Positions 51,690-62,835 of a DNA stretch of 64,000 nucleotides are shown here, piece by piece. The stretch's first letter is position 1. Every line of letters begins with the position of its first letter. The stretch comes from Octopus bimaculoides (taxonomy: Eukaryota): assembly GCF_001194135.2 (NCBI RefSeq), contig NC_069006.1, positions 17,893,800 to 17,957,799 on the forward strand, given 5' to 3'. Position numbers and translations under genes: made by a program. The notes below the pieces were generated by a model. It saw only the letters and a list, made by a program, of their open reading frames with translations, made no database searches and had not been told where the DNA came from.

Positions 51690-52425
51690 CCCTCAGACTT
51701 TTTCTGTATTGAAGGTTTTTTACGCAAGATGTGTGCAGTGCCTACTAGTGCTATTTTCTGTATGTTATATATACATATGTGGAGGCGCAATGGCCCAGTG
51801 GTTAGGGCAGCGGACTCACGGTCATAGGATCGTGGTTTCGATTCCCAAACCGGGCATTGTGAGTGTTTATTGAGCGAAAACACCTAAAGCTCCATGAGGC
51901 TCCGGCAGGGGATGGTGGCGAACCCTGCTGTACTCTTTCACCACAACTTTCTCTCACTCTTCCTGTTTTTGTTGTGACTAATTCAAAGGGGTCAGCCTTG
52001 TCACACTGTGTCACGCTGAATATCCCCGAGAACTACGTTAAGGGTACACGTGTCTGCAGAGTGCTCAGCCACTTGCACGTTAATTTCACGAGTAGGCTGT
52101 TCCGTTGATCGGATCAACTGGAACCCTCGACGTCATAAGCGACGGAGTGCCAAGAAAGGAATATATACATATGTTAGTCCTGATGTTTTGGTTATGTATT
52201 TGTCTGAATATTTTTTCTATCATACCCAATGCACCTACTATGATAGAAATTGTTTCAGTTTTTAGACTCCACATTTGAGATACCTCTATTTCCAGGTCTT
52301 TGTATTTTGAAAGTTTCTCTATATTGATACATCAATTAGAAAGCATTTTTTTTTGCTTGGTGATCTCTGATAACACTATCCGGCCTATTGGCCTTAGTTT
52401 CTCTATCTGTGTGTATTGGCATAAC
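51690..52425 (-). mobile_element. R4/Dong-like RLE LINE C-terminus, split by a SINE-B insertion
   Basis: Minus strand LWVMPIHTDRETKANRPDSVIRDHQAKKCF ... EKLSKYKDLEIEVSQMWSLKTETISIIVGALGMIEK [SINE] YNIQKIALVGTAHILRK; RPD..KYKDL..IVGALG..QKIALLGTAHILRK signature. Confidence 0.85.
51781..52160 (+). mobile_element. SINE-B full length, tRNA-derived (resembles the octopus OR, tRNA-Arg-type, SINEs), with 14-bp TSD
   Basis: Head ggaggcgcaatggcccagtggttagggcagcggactc...ggtttcgattccc with A and B boxes; CpGs retained; TSD atatatacatatgt at 51767-51780 and 52161-52174. The family name is from memory. Confidence 0.9.
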
Positions 52426-52681
52426 CCAGAGTATGGTTGCTTTATCATTATTATTAGGATGCAATCTGGCAGAATCATTGGTACGCTGGGCAAATGGCTT
52501 GGCAGTATTTCATCCATCTTTATATCCTGAGTTCAAATTCCGCTGTGGTTGGCTTTGCCTTTCATCCTTTTGAGGTCGATAAACTAAGTACCAGTGAAAC
52601 ACTGGAGTCAACTTCATCAACTAGTCCCCTCCCTCCAAATTTAGTAGATAGGATTATTTTTATCATTATTATTTCAATCAG

Positions 52682-52703
52682 TAGAGATGTAAGACGTTTC
52701 ACG
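52682..52703 (+). CDS. Candidate 22-nt microexon ((S)RDVRRFT; phase 2 in, phase 0 out)
   Basis: Acceptor ttatttttatcattattatttcaatcAG (52680-52681), donor ACG|GTAAGA (52704); bridges the phases of exons 8388-8467 and 57783-57899. Confidence 0.4.
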
Positions 52704-53436
52704 GTAAGAAGCCAACCAAGCTACAGGTCTTTCAGTTGTTGACATAACCCCGTTTAAAGGTCAAGGAAGGCTATGAGAAGACTATTGATTAAATAATGAG
52801 GGTTATCTCAGAGCACCGCACCCTACTGATTTTGACAGAGGTGCATCTGGGTACAGGAGCATGAAGTACTGGCAGTAAAGAAAAAAAAAATGTTTTAATG
52901 TGTTGAAACAAGTGAACAGATGTCCAACAGCTGTTGGATCAGCATGCACTGGGTACAACAACCTCCCCCTGCAGTTTTTGACACAGCTAATTTATTATAT
53001 ATAAGATATACTATTTATTATATACATTATATAATATATGTGTCTGTGAGTGTGTATGTGTATAAATACACACACACACACACACATATGTATACACACA
53101 AACACACATACATACATACATATATATAATGAAACAGCTGCAGTGAATAGATTGTGTTCTTATAGTTTTGACATTGCTAACATTTTATATCTGCCTGTCT
53201 GTCTAAGTATGTGTTTATTTGTGTGTTAGATGCAGCATAGCTAGACAGACAGATGTATCAAAAAGTTTGAATCTGCCCTAAGTCTATATTATGTTCATTT
53301 GGCCATAGTTTGCCTTGATTTCTGAAGTGTTAAGCTACTCACAGAAGAAAACTTACCCCTGGTTGGGATTTTGGTATGTCTGAAAGTCTTCCTTCAGACA
53401 CCGCTACTGCTACTAGTGTTTAGCAGAATAGACTGA

Positions 53437-53667
53437 AAGGCAGCGAGCTGGCAGAAACATTAGCACGCCGGGCGAAATGCTTAGCGGTATTTTGTCTGCC
53501 GCTACGTTCTGAGTTCAAATTCCACCGAGGTTGACTTTGCCTTTCATCCTTTCGGGGTCTATTAAGTAAGTACCAGTTACGCACTGGGATCGATATAATC
53601 GACTTAATCCATTTGTCTGTCCTTGTTTGTCTCCTCTATGTTTAGCCCCTTGTGGGCAGTAAAGAAG
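53437..53667 (+). mobile_element. SINE-C, low-divergence copy
   Basis: aaggcagcgagctggcagaaacattagcacgccgggcgaaatgcttagcgg...gagttcaaattcc...tttgcctttcatcctttcggggtc. Other plus copies: 22400-22620, 47410-47560, 47570-47765, 52455-52645, 57468-57690. Confidence 0.85.
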
Positions 53668-54560
53668 TAAGGATAGACTGGAGCAGCATGAAATGATGAG
53701 CCCTAGTTTGAAAGTACTTCCCTGTAAGGAACACAACCCACAGCCTTAGAATCATGAACCCAACATTCTAACCAATAGGCTATAAGCATACACAAACATA
53801 TATATATATATATATTACATACAAAAATAAGAGGAATGACCAGCAAAAGTGGACTCCTATATGCTAGAAATAGATGCCGAATCTTCAGATTTTTTTAATA
53901 TGCTAGACCACTGGTTTTAANNNNNNNNNNNNNNNNNNNNNNNNNNNNNNNNNNNNNNNNNNNNNNNNNNNNNNNNNNNNNNNNNNNNNNNNNNNNNNNN
54001 NNNNNNNNNNNNNNNNNNNNNNNNNNNNNNNNNNNNNNNNNNNNNNNNNNNNNNNNNNNNNNNNNNNNNNNNNNNNNNNNNNNNNNNNNNNNNNNNNNNN
54101 NNNNNNNNNNNNNNNNNNNNNNNNNNNNNNNNNNNNNNNNNNNNNNNNNNNNNNNNNNNNNNNNNNNNNNNNNNNNNNNNNNNNNNNNNNNNNNNNNNNN
54201 NNNNNNNNNNNNNNNNNNNNNNNNNNNNNNNNNNNNNNNNNNNNNNNNNNNNNNNNNNNNNNNNNNNNNNNNNNNNNNNNNNNNNNNNNNNNNNNNNNNN
54301 NNNNNNNNNNNNNNNNNNNNNNNNNNNNNNNNNNNNNNNNNNNNNNNNNNNNNNNNNNNNNNNNNNNNNNNNNNNNNNNNNNNNNNNNNNNNNNNNNNNN
54401 NNNNNNNNNNNNNNNNNNNNNNNNNNNNNNNNNNNNNNNNNNNNNNNNNNNNNNNNNNNNNNNNNNNNNNNNNNNNNNNNNNNNNNNNNNNNNNNNNNNN
54501 NNNNNNNNNNNNNNNNNNNNNNNNNNNNNNNNNNNNNNNNNNNNNNNNNNNNNNNNNNNN

Positions 54561-54892
54561 NAACGGAACCGCCTGCTCGTGAAATTAACGTGCAAGTGGC
54601 TGAGCACTCCACAGACACGTGTACCCTTAACGTAGTTCTCGGGGATGTTCAGTGTGACAGTGTGACAAGGCTGGCCCTTTGAATTACAGGCACAACAGAA
54701 ACTGGAAGAAAGAGTGAGAGAAAGTTGTGGTGAAAGAGTACAGCAGGGTTCGCCACCATCCCCTGCCGGAGCCTCGTGGAAGTTTAGGTGGTTTCGCTCA
54801 ATAAACACTCACAACGCCTGGTCTGGGAATTGAAACCGCAATCCTATGACCGCGAGTCCGCTGCCCTAACCACTGGGCCATTGCACCTCCAC
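54561..54892 (-). mobile_element. SINE-B near full length, inverted
   Basis: Reverse complement of 51781-52110; tail in gap 53921-54560. Confidence 0.9.
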
Positions 54893-55944
54893 ATCTAACT
54901 ACATTAATTGGCTATAAACAAATCCTGTCATATCAAAAACAAACTTATATACACACATGCATTCACAATAGCTATAATATGGGAGAAGCTGATGGTTAGA
55001 GCATCCCATCTGGCTACATAATGACATTCTAAACATGTGTATAAATACGTGTATTTAATATGCATTAGAGTTATTTACCCCTAATGGCATGAGTCCAACC
55101 ATTAAAGCTGGCTTTGCTGGAAAGGATTAAACTCATCTTTCGGGCTGTTTACGAGTAAATAAATGAATAAGTCTATTTATATATGTGCAGGCAATGTATA
55201 TTATGTGTGCATGAATATTGTATGTGTTATATATAATATTTATGTGTGTGTGTATGTGTGATAGATATAGATGTATATATGTGTGTGTATGCTTTTAGTA
55301 GTGTGTGTGTGTGTCTCATCATCAAGTAACATCTGTTTTCCATGCTGGCATGGACTGTTTGACTAACTGATAAGTTAGAAGACTATTCTATGTACACATA
55401 TATCTATATCTATCTAATTATATATGACGTTGACCACTAACGTGGACATTTAATGTGCTAGAAATAGATCACATCTTGTGTCTAAAAAGACCTAAATTGT
55501 TCTCAACATGAAATATAGCGTGATACCAAAACGTAAGCGGGGAAGACATTTAAAATCACCGAAAAGGAACATTATTAAACAGGTACCGGTTTCAAATTCA
55601 ACAATCTTACCGGCTGTCTATTTCTCATATATAAAAATGTACTTTAATCCCCGGAGATTGCAGATACTGTTTCTGAATCTCTTTGATTCTTTAAATGTGC
55701 TAGCTTCCTGGTAATTAATCGATATTAATTAATATATGATTTTTTGCCATTTTTTAATAATAATTATATATGTAGATAGATAGATGGATAGATAGATAGA
55801 TAGGTAGGTAGGTATAGCCATAACAAAACAGACAATGGAGCCTGATGTGGCTCCTGGCCTTACCAGCTCTTGTCAAAGCATCGAACCCATGCCAGCATAG
55901 AAAATGGACATTAAATGATGATGATGATGATGATAACAGTATAC

Positions 55945-56157
55945 TCTTGTTTCAGTCATTTGACTGCAGCCATGCTGGAACACTGCCATTAGTCAAACAA
56001 ATTGACCCCAGGACTTATTCTTTGCAAGCCTAGTACTTATTCTATCGGTCTTTATTGCCGAACCACTAAGTAATGAGGACGTAAACATACCAGCATATCG
56101 GTTATCAAGCGATTGTAGGGGAACAAACATATACACACACACACACACACATATGTA

Positions 56158-56193
<36 letters not shown>

Positions 56194-56355
56194 CGACAGG
56201 CTTCTTTCAGTCTCTGTCCACAAAATCTACCCACAAGACTTTGGTTGGTCCGAGGCTGTAGTAGAGGACACTTACTCAAGGTGCCACACAGTGGAACTGA
56301 ACCCGGAACCATGTGGTTGGTAAGCAAGCTACTTACCACACAGCTGCTCCTGCAC
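55945..56355 (-). mobile_element. SINE-A full length
   Basis: Reverse complement of the reference copy, with internal (CA)n(TA)n. Confidence 0.85.
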
Positions 56356-57782
56356 CTATATATATATATATATATATATAGTCATCTAAGCCTTTCTCAG
56401 TTACATGTAACTAACTGCACAGTGGAGATAATACAGATGATGATGACAGTATCAATGATGATGATGATGATGATGATGATTACAATGGTGATGATGATGG
56501 TGATGATGATGGTGAATTAAAAAAACATCACAGTACCAGTTCACAATGATACCACTCCTATCATTATAACTAATAGTAACAGCGGTGATGATAGTGGTGG
56601 TGGTGGTGGTGGTGGTGGCGGTGGTGGTAGTCACAGAAACAGCAGTGGCGGCAATAATAACAGCACAAACAGCCATCACCACCACTACCACCACCACCAC
56701 CACGGCCAATGCGACTGCCAACCCCACCCCCTCCGTCTGCGTAGTTTTGAATGATCATACATTATTGATTAAGCACACAGCTGATAATTGTAACTCTTGC
56801 TTCTATTGATCGCGTTTGAATTCAAGCAGTAAATTGATTTTCGGATATTAGATCAGATCAGTTTTAATTTGCATTAACTATCGCACGCTTCATGTTGCCA
56901 GTTGATATTTTTAATAACCTCGTTATCGCATTGTTATTCATTAAATTGGATTTCGTTTGAGAAACAGCACGAGAGGCCAGCCTCGCTGTGCAGTTGAGGT
57001 GCCAGCACTTTTAACCCTAACGAGGTCACAGCTTAAAACACTCGCTCTATGTGTGTGTGTGTGTGTGTGTGTGGAGGATGGTTGGACAGTAGAGTTCTTT
57101 GGGCAAGTCAGTTTGTCAGGCAAATTAAATTCTGTCTATTTTCCTGTCTCTGTCTAGTTCTTGGCAGATACATACAATGGGGATTGGAAAAAATGTCTAA
57201 ATTTGCATCTCTATCAAACTTGCGGTTTTAGAAATGTAGTCTTATAGCGGCTTCGAAAACAAATGTTTTATTTTTCATTGTTCTTCCACTGAAATCATAA
57301 TGTGTTTGTGTGTGTTTAAATATAGTTTGGACATATACACATCATCTTTGTCTTCCATTCTCCCAACAAAGTACCAGTCATGAACTGGTATCAATGGCAT
57401 TAAAGCCCTACCCACTCTGCCATCGAAATTGCTGGTCTTCAATTAAATTAGCATCCATTATGTTTTTATCTAAGGCAGTGAGCTGGCAGAATTGACAAAG
57501 CATCAGAAAAGTGCCTTGTGTTGCTTCTTCTGCTTCTTTACAATCTGAGTTCCATTCCCACCTGGTTCAACTTTGCTTTCATCTCCCCGAGGTCAATGAA
57601 ATAATGGACTAGTCAAGTAATGGGGTCAGTAATATTGACAAAACCCTTCCCTTCAAAATTGGTGGTCTTGTGTCTAAATCAGAAATTACTTATTATTATT
57701 ATTATGATTATTATTTTTATTATTATTATTATTGAAATGTGCTCTTGTAAATAATAATGTATTGTTTTGGTGTCTTTTGCAG

Positions 57783-57899
57783 GAAACCAATAGTCCGCAG
57801 AGCTCTATCCAGATGACAGACAACTCTCTGTGCCACCAATTAGAAGAGCCCCAATCTAATGGTCCCTCTGGGAGTCTGTCAGGAGACCGCCTCAGCGAT
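57783..57899 (+). CDS. Candidate internal coding exon, 117 nt, phase 0-0 (ETNSPQSSIQMTDNSLCHQLEEPQSNGPSGSLSGDRLSD)
   Basis: Acceptor gtattgttttggtgtcttttgcAG, donor GAT|GTGAGT (57900); only the phase-0 frame is open; higher GC than the flanks. A possible distal donor CAG|GTAGTT is at 57971. Confidence 0.7.
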
Positions 57900-58379
57900 G
57901 TGAGTACCTTGTCGCAAAGCCTCGTCCTCTCTTCCCTTTCACTTCACGCTCGCTTCACTACAAGAAACAGGTAGTTGTCAGTAATTGTGTTAAAGGATCT
58001 GGAATTGGTCTTTTAGCAATGAATTGTTCCAGTTGACCTCTGCCATCTTAATGTATTATAGTGTCAGTATCTGTATATTCAGCAGGTACTTGTGAGTGGG
58101 TTTGGTAGACAGAAACTGAAAGTAGCCCTTCATATATCTTTTATCTATCATTTCTTTACTTGTCTGCAGTGCAGCCCTCCTACACTGCCTTGAAGGTTTT
58201 AACCAAATGAATCGACCCCAGGATTTATTTTTAAGCCTGGTACTTAGTCTATCAATTTTCTTTTTATATTGCTGAATTGACTGGAGGTGGTAAGCTGAAG
58301 AGCTGCACAAGGCTCCAGTGATCTGTTTTGGCTCGGTTTCTATGGCTGGATGCCCTTTCTAACACCAACCACTTTACAG

Positions 58380-58740
58380 TGTGTACTGGGTGCCTTTTAT
58401 GTGTCACCGGCACAGGGGCCTTTTATGTGTTACTGGCACAAGTGCCTCTGACATGTCACCAGCATGTCCCTTTTATATGTCATGGGTACAGGTGCTTTTT
58501 ATATGTCACTGGCACAGGTGCCTTTTATATGTCGCTTTTATGTGTCGTCAGCACAAGTGCCTCTGACATGTCACCTGCATGTGTCCCTTTTATATGCCGC
58601 TGACACGGGTACCTTTATATGTCACTGGCACAGGGGCTTTTTATGTGTCACTGACACAAGTGCCTCTAACATGTCATCAGCATGTGTCCCTTTTATGTGT
58701 CACTACCACAAGTGTCTTTTACTTGTCACTGGCACTGGCC
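58380..58740. repeat. Minisatellite (~21-26 bp, ttttatgtgtcactggcacaggtgcc) grown from an RTE-type UTR
   Basis: Continues directly from the minus-strand RTE-tail copy at 58300-58400. Confidence 0.75.
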
Positions 58741-58779
58741 ACGAACATGATTGCTAATAATCTTATTAAAATGCAATAG

Positions 58780-58871
58780 GACTTTTTGTAAACATTGAAG
58801 GCTAGGAGGGTCCATTCAAGTAAAACTGGTATCAAAGGGGTCCACAGGCTAAAACGGGTTGAGAATTGCTG
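58780..58871 (-). mobile_element. hAT (Charlie-like) non-autonomous end
   Basis: Minus strand begins CAGCAATTCTCAACC; the adjacent 8-mer gtctaaac fits the NTCTAGAN target preference. The other end was not found. Confidence 0.45.
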
Positions 58872-59521
58872 GTCTAAACAATGATCTTGATGATGTTCCC
58901 ATGTACTCTTAATGTTAAGCATGAGCAGAGTTATCATTACCTTGTATGTGAGAGGTAGAGAGAGAGAGAGAGAGAGAGGGGGAAAAAACGAAAAAGAAAA
59001 ACAAGGTTTTTCTTTGAATACCAAGTGTGAACTCTGTTGTAGTAATAAAATTTAAAGGGCTGAATATTCTACAAAAAACTTGTGAATAACTACCGACTCC
59101 TATTAACACAAACATCTCTGCTATTATTTCACTCATCCAGGAGCAATTTTCAAGATAGTGTGGATGATTGTTGTAAATTCTTTTACTTGTTTCTGTCATT
59201 TGACTGCGGCCATGCTGGAGCTCCCCCATGAAGTGTTTTTGTCGAACAAGTTTGATCCCAGGACCTATTCTATCAGTCTCTTCTGCCAAGCTGTTAAGTT
59301 ACGGTGACATAAACACGCCAACACCACTTGTCAAGTAATGATGGGAGGTACAGACACACACACACACACACACACATACATATTACAATATATGTAAACA
59401 AACAAAGTTTGCCTTTTTAGAAGATTTGTTAAAATATACAGATTTGGAAGGAATCTATTCTCAAATGTAGAATATGAACAACATGTATAGGATAGATTAT
59501 CCTTATATTGCAGAAAAATTT

Positions 59522-59582
59522 GTCAGTGGCCAGCCATGAGACTCGAACTCATATCTCTGTGATTACCGGTCAAGTGCTTTAC

Positions 59583-59590
<8 letters not shown>
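59522..59590 (-). pseudogene. tRNA-like fragment (SINE head or tRNA pseudogene; possible GGT/Thr anticodon loop)
   Basis: Minus strand aaatggtaaagcacttgaccggtaatcacagagatatgagttcgagtctcatggctggcc: D-loop GGTAAAGC and T-loop GTTCGAGTC. The anticodon stem has a bulge, and the 5' acceptor arm is replaced by (TA)n. Confidence 0.4.
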
Positions 59591-59631
<41 letters not shown>

Positions 59632-59641
59632 GAAAAAAATA

Positions 59642-59743
59642 ATAATAATAATAAGGCAGAATGCTAAACTGAAAGCATATTTTAATATAGATGTGTATAT
59701 TGAAATATGCTTTCAGTTTAGCATTCTGTCTTATTATTATTAT
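59642..59743. repeat. Inverted repeat: 48-bp arms, 6-nt spacer, 2 mismatches
   Basis: Arms 59642-59689 and 59696-59743; spacer gatgtg; imperfect extension outward (ataggaaaa / ttttcctat). Confidence 0.92.
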
Positions 59744-61350
59744 ATTTTCTTTTCCTATTATTTCTCCACATGTGGTTAACACAACCCCACCATTTACTGA
59801 CTTTTATATATATATATATATATGATGGGCTTCTTTTGGGTTCCATCTACCAAATCCACTCACAAGGCTTTGTTTGGCCCAAGGCTATAGTAGAAGACAC
59901 TTGCCCAAGGTGCTACGCAGTGGAACTGAACCTAGAACCATGTGGTTGGGAAGTAAGCTTCTTACCACACAGCCACGAATCATAACATGGGAGAATGTGG
60001 TATTGAAATAGTGTCAGTTATTAAGTTTATGAATATCCGGATTGTTAGCCTTATCATTATAGTGTATATTTCTATTCAATTGGTTTAACTGTCTGATTGT
60101 CATCAAGTGTCTTGTTCCTTCCTATCTAACCATCCAGGAATATGACACTTGTTGATGGTCAAACCAATTGAAATCTACTGTAAATGGGGATATTGTGAAA
60201 CTCCTCAGTAAAGACGAGTGAGTTTTACAGGCTGGTTGTTTGCAGTTTTAATAATAGCTGCAGCTCAAGCACTAGAGTAGTTGCAAGTGTTAAGAAGGTC
60301 AAGTGGCAACCACTATGGTCTTGGGTTCAAGTCCCCTGCAAGCCATCTTGAGTGAATGCCTGCTACCGTAACTTTGATTTGACTGAGGCCTTATGAATAG
60401 AACTTGGCTGACAGAAATTGCATGAAAGGCCATTGTATATCATCATCATTTTAATATCCAGTTGGCCATGCTTGCGTGAGTCTGACAGAGTTCGTTGCGG
60501 TAAATTTTCAATGGCCAGATGCCCATCCTGTCTTCAACCTTCACCTATTTCTAAGCAAGATATTCTTTCCAACTGACCCAACATGTTTCTGTGAAAGATT
60601 GGAAGCAAACAACACTTCTTGTAGGACAATGGTGATGCTCGTTTATAACTATTGTGCTGTAGTTATAAACAAGTAATAGTAATCTCTGTATGCGTGTGTG
60701 TATGTATGTTTTCTCTAATGTAAGTTGCGTAAAGACAAAAAAAAAAAAAAGCAGGAAAAAAGGATGCTATTTGAAGTCTCTTGTGATATTTGTTCTACAC
60801 TGAGTTGCAAACACTCATTGTTAGAACTGCAGTGGACCAGTGACTGGCTTATAGGAAACTTGTAACCACAGCTGTCATTGTCCACCAAATGAGATATCAA
60901 CTAGATCAATGCAAGTGACAGCCCTACAAACTCAACAAACCTATTCTCATTACCTTTTGAAATAAGTCCAGCATATTTACATAGTTATCCAAATATACCG
61001 CATGCAATTAACTTAGTATATAGCTTCTAGTTACTCTGTATATAATACATGATTAACCAGATTTATAGAACACAGTTCAGTGTATTGTATATAGTTAACT
61101 CCATGTATTTACACATAATTAACCTAGTATATTGTAATAATTACCCCAGTATACTACACAGAGTTACAACAGTATATTATATATAATTACCCCCAATATA
61201 TTATATATAAGCACAGGTGCGGCTGTGTGGTAAGAAGCTTGCTTCCCAATAACTTGGTTCTGGGTTCAGTCTCACTGCATGGCACCTTCGGCAATTGTCT
61301 TCTACCAAAGCCTTGTGAGTGGATTTGGTAGATGGAAACTGAAAGAAACC

Positions 61351-61390
<40 letters not shown>

Positions 61391-62018
61391 ATGTGTATAT
61401 TTTTTTGTGTGTGTCTGTGTTTGTCCCCCTCTCCCATCACCGTTTGACAACCAGTGTTGGTGTGTTTAAGTCTCTGTGATCTAGCGGTTCGGCAAAAGAG
61501 ACCTATAAAATAAGTACTAGGCTTAAAAATAATAAGTCCTGGAGTCAAATTATTCGACTAAAATCCTTCAGGGCAGTGCTCCAGCATGTCCACAGTCAAA
61601 CGACCTAAACAAGTAAAAGAATAAAAGATTAATTATCCTAATATATTTCTCATAGTTAATTTAGTATATTCTCTGTTAAATGTTTCTTTTAACCCTTTAC
61701 CATTTAAACCAGCCCAAATAGCCTACCTATTATGTTCAAACTGACCAGACCAGGCCTCTCTCACCTACCCTACAATGCCTTTCTAAAAATAAAGAAATAC
61801 ATCATGAAAATCCGAAAACTACAAGATAATGGCTAATTAATTGAAAACGATCTGAATAAACAAGCATTACATTTGACAGAGTAATCCAAATGCTATAAGG
61901 TTAAACTTTAGTCTCTGTTAGAAACAAACCGTAGTTTATATTAAGTGATTAATGAACTCCCAGCTTGTGTGAGTATCTTATTCATTAACCATGAATCTTT
62001 CTGTTGCTGCTTTTTCAG

Positions 62019-62054
62019 GCTAGCTCCCCTTCTTCTACTGGCAATGGTTACCAG
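62019..62054 (+). CDS. Candidate 36-nt exon, phase 0-0 (ASSPSSTGNGYQ)
   Basis: Acceptor tctttctgttgctgctttttcAG (62017-62018), donor CAG|GTTAGT (62055); in frame with 57783-57899. Confidence 0.6.
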
Positions 62055-62229
62055 GTTAGTATGACTATTTTGTGTGGTTTTTGTACTCTGTTTTACTCTA
62101 TTTTATCATCACCTGAATGTGGAGTATACAGTATTTGCAAAAATGCTTTTAAGATGACTGTGCTGGTCTTCTCTAGCAGGTTGTGGTAGTTGGCTGTGTC
62201 CAGCCCAATTATGCTATCTGTTTTACGAT

Positions 62230-62835
62230 GAAAGGCCAGATCTGGCCTCTCACACCTACCTTACAATGTCATTCTAAAGATAAAGAATCACATTATTGAA
62301 ATCCCAAAGCTACAAGACAATGCTTATTAATTTAATACAATGTGAAGAAATAAGCATGCTATCCAGCCCACACTATCTAGTCCAAATATTGTACCTGTTT
62401 TATTCTTAAACCAGTCAGATCTGGCCTTTCACACGTACGCTACAGTGTCATCATCATCATCATCATCATCATCATCTACCATTCGCTTTCCATGCTGGCA
62501 TGTATTGGATGGTTTGACCGGAGCTGAAAATAATCACATCATTGAAATATCAAAACTACCAGATAATGCATGAATAATTCAAAGCAATGTGAATAAATAA
62601 GTAATGGACAGAGTAATCTGAACACTACAGGGTTAAACTGGCTCTATCCAGTGCAAATATTATGTTCAAACTAGCCAGATCTGGCCTCTCACACCTATCC
62701 GTTAATGTCATTGTAAGAATATGCAATTACATCATTAAAATCTCAAAACTACAAAGCAATGCATGATTAATTCAACACAATGTGATTAAATAAGCATTAC
62801 ATTGGACAGAGTAATTTGAATGCTTAAGGGTTAAG
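62230..62835 (+). mobile_element. Cluster of three partial or complete piggyBac-like MITE family 1 copies, one interrupted by an RTE-tail fragment (about 62447-62525)
   Basis: Repeated agatctggcctctcacacct...acaatgtcattc...aataatcacatcattgaaat; TIR ends ...acagggTTAA (62637) and ...taagggTTAA (62833). Confidence 0.75.

Noticed and set aside
51781-51850. SINE heads as functional tRNA genes
   Set aside because: They lack paired acceptor stems and continue into SINE bodies with tails or TSDs.
57783-62054. Naming the host gene (faint resemblance to the Ser/Pro-rich N-termini of Eya, Meis or FoxP)
   Set aside because: Only low-complexity similarity from memory, with no conserved domain in the window; needs BLASTP.
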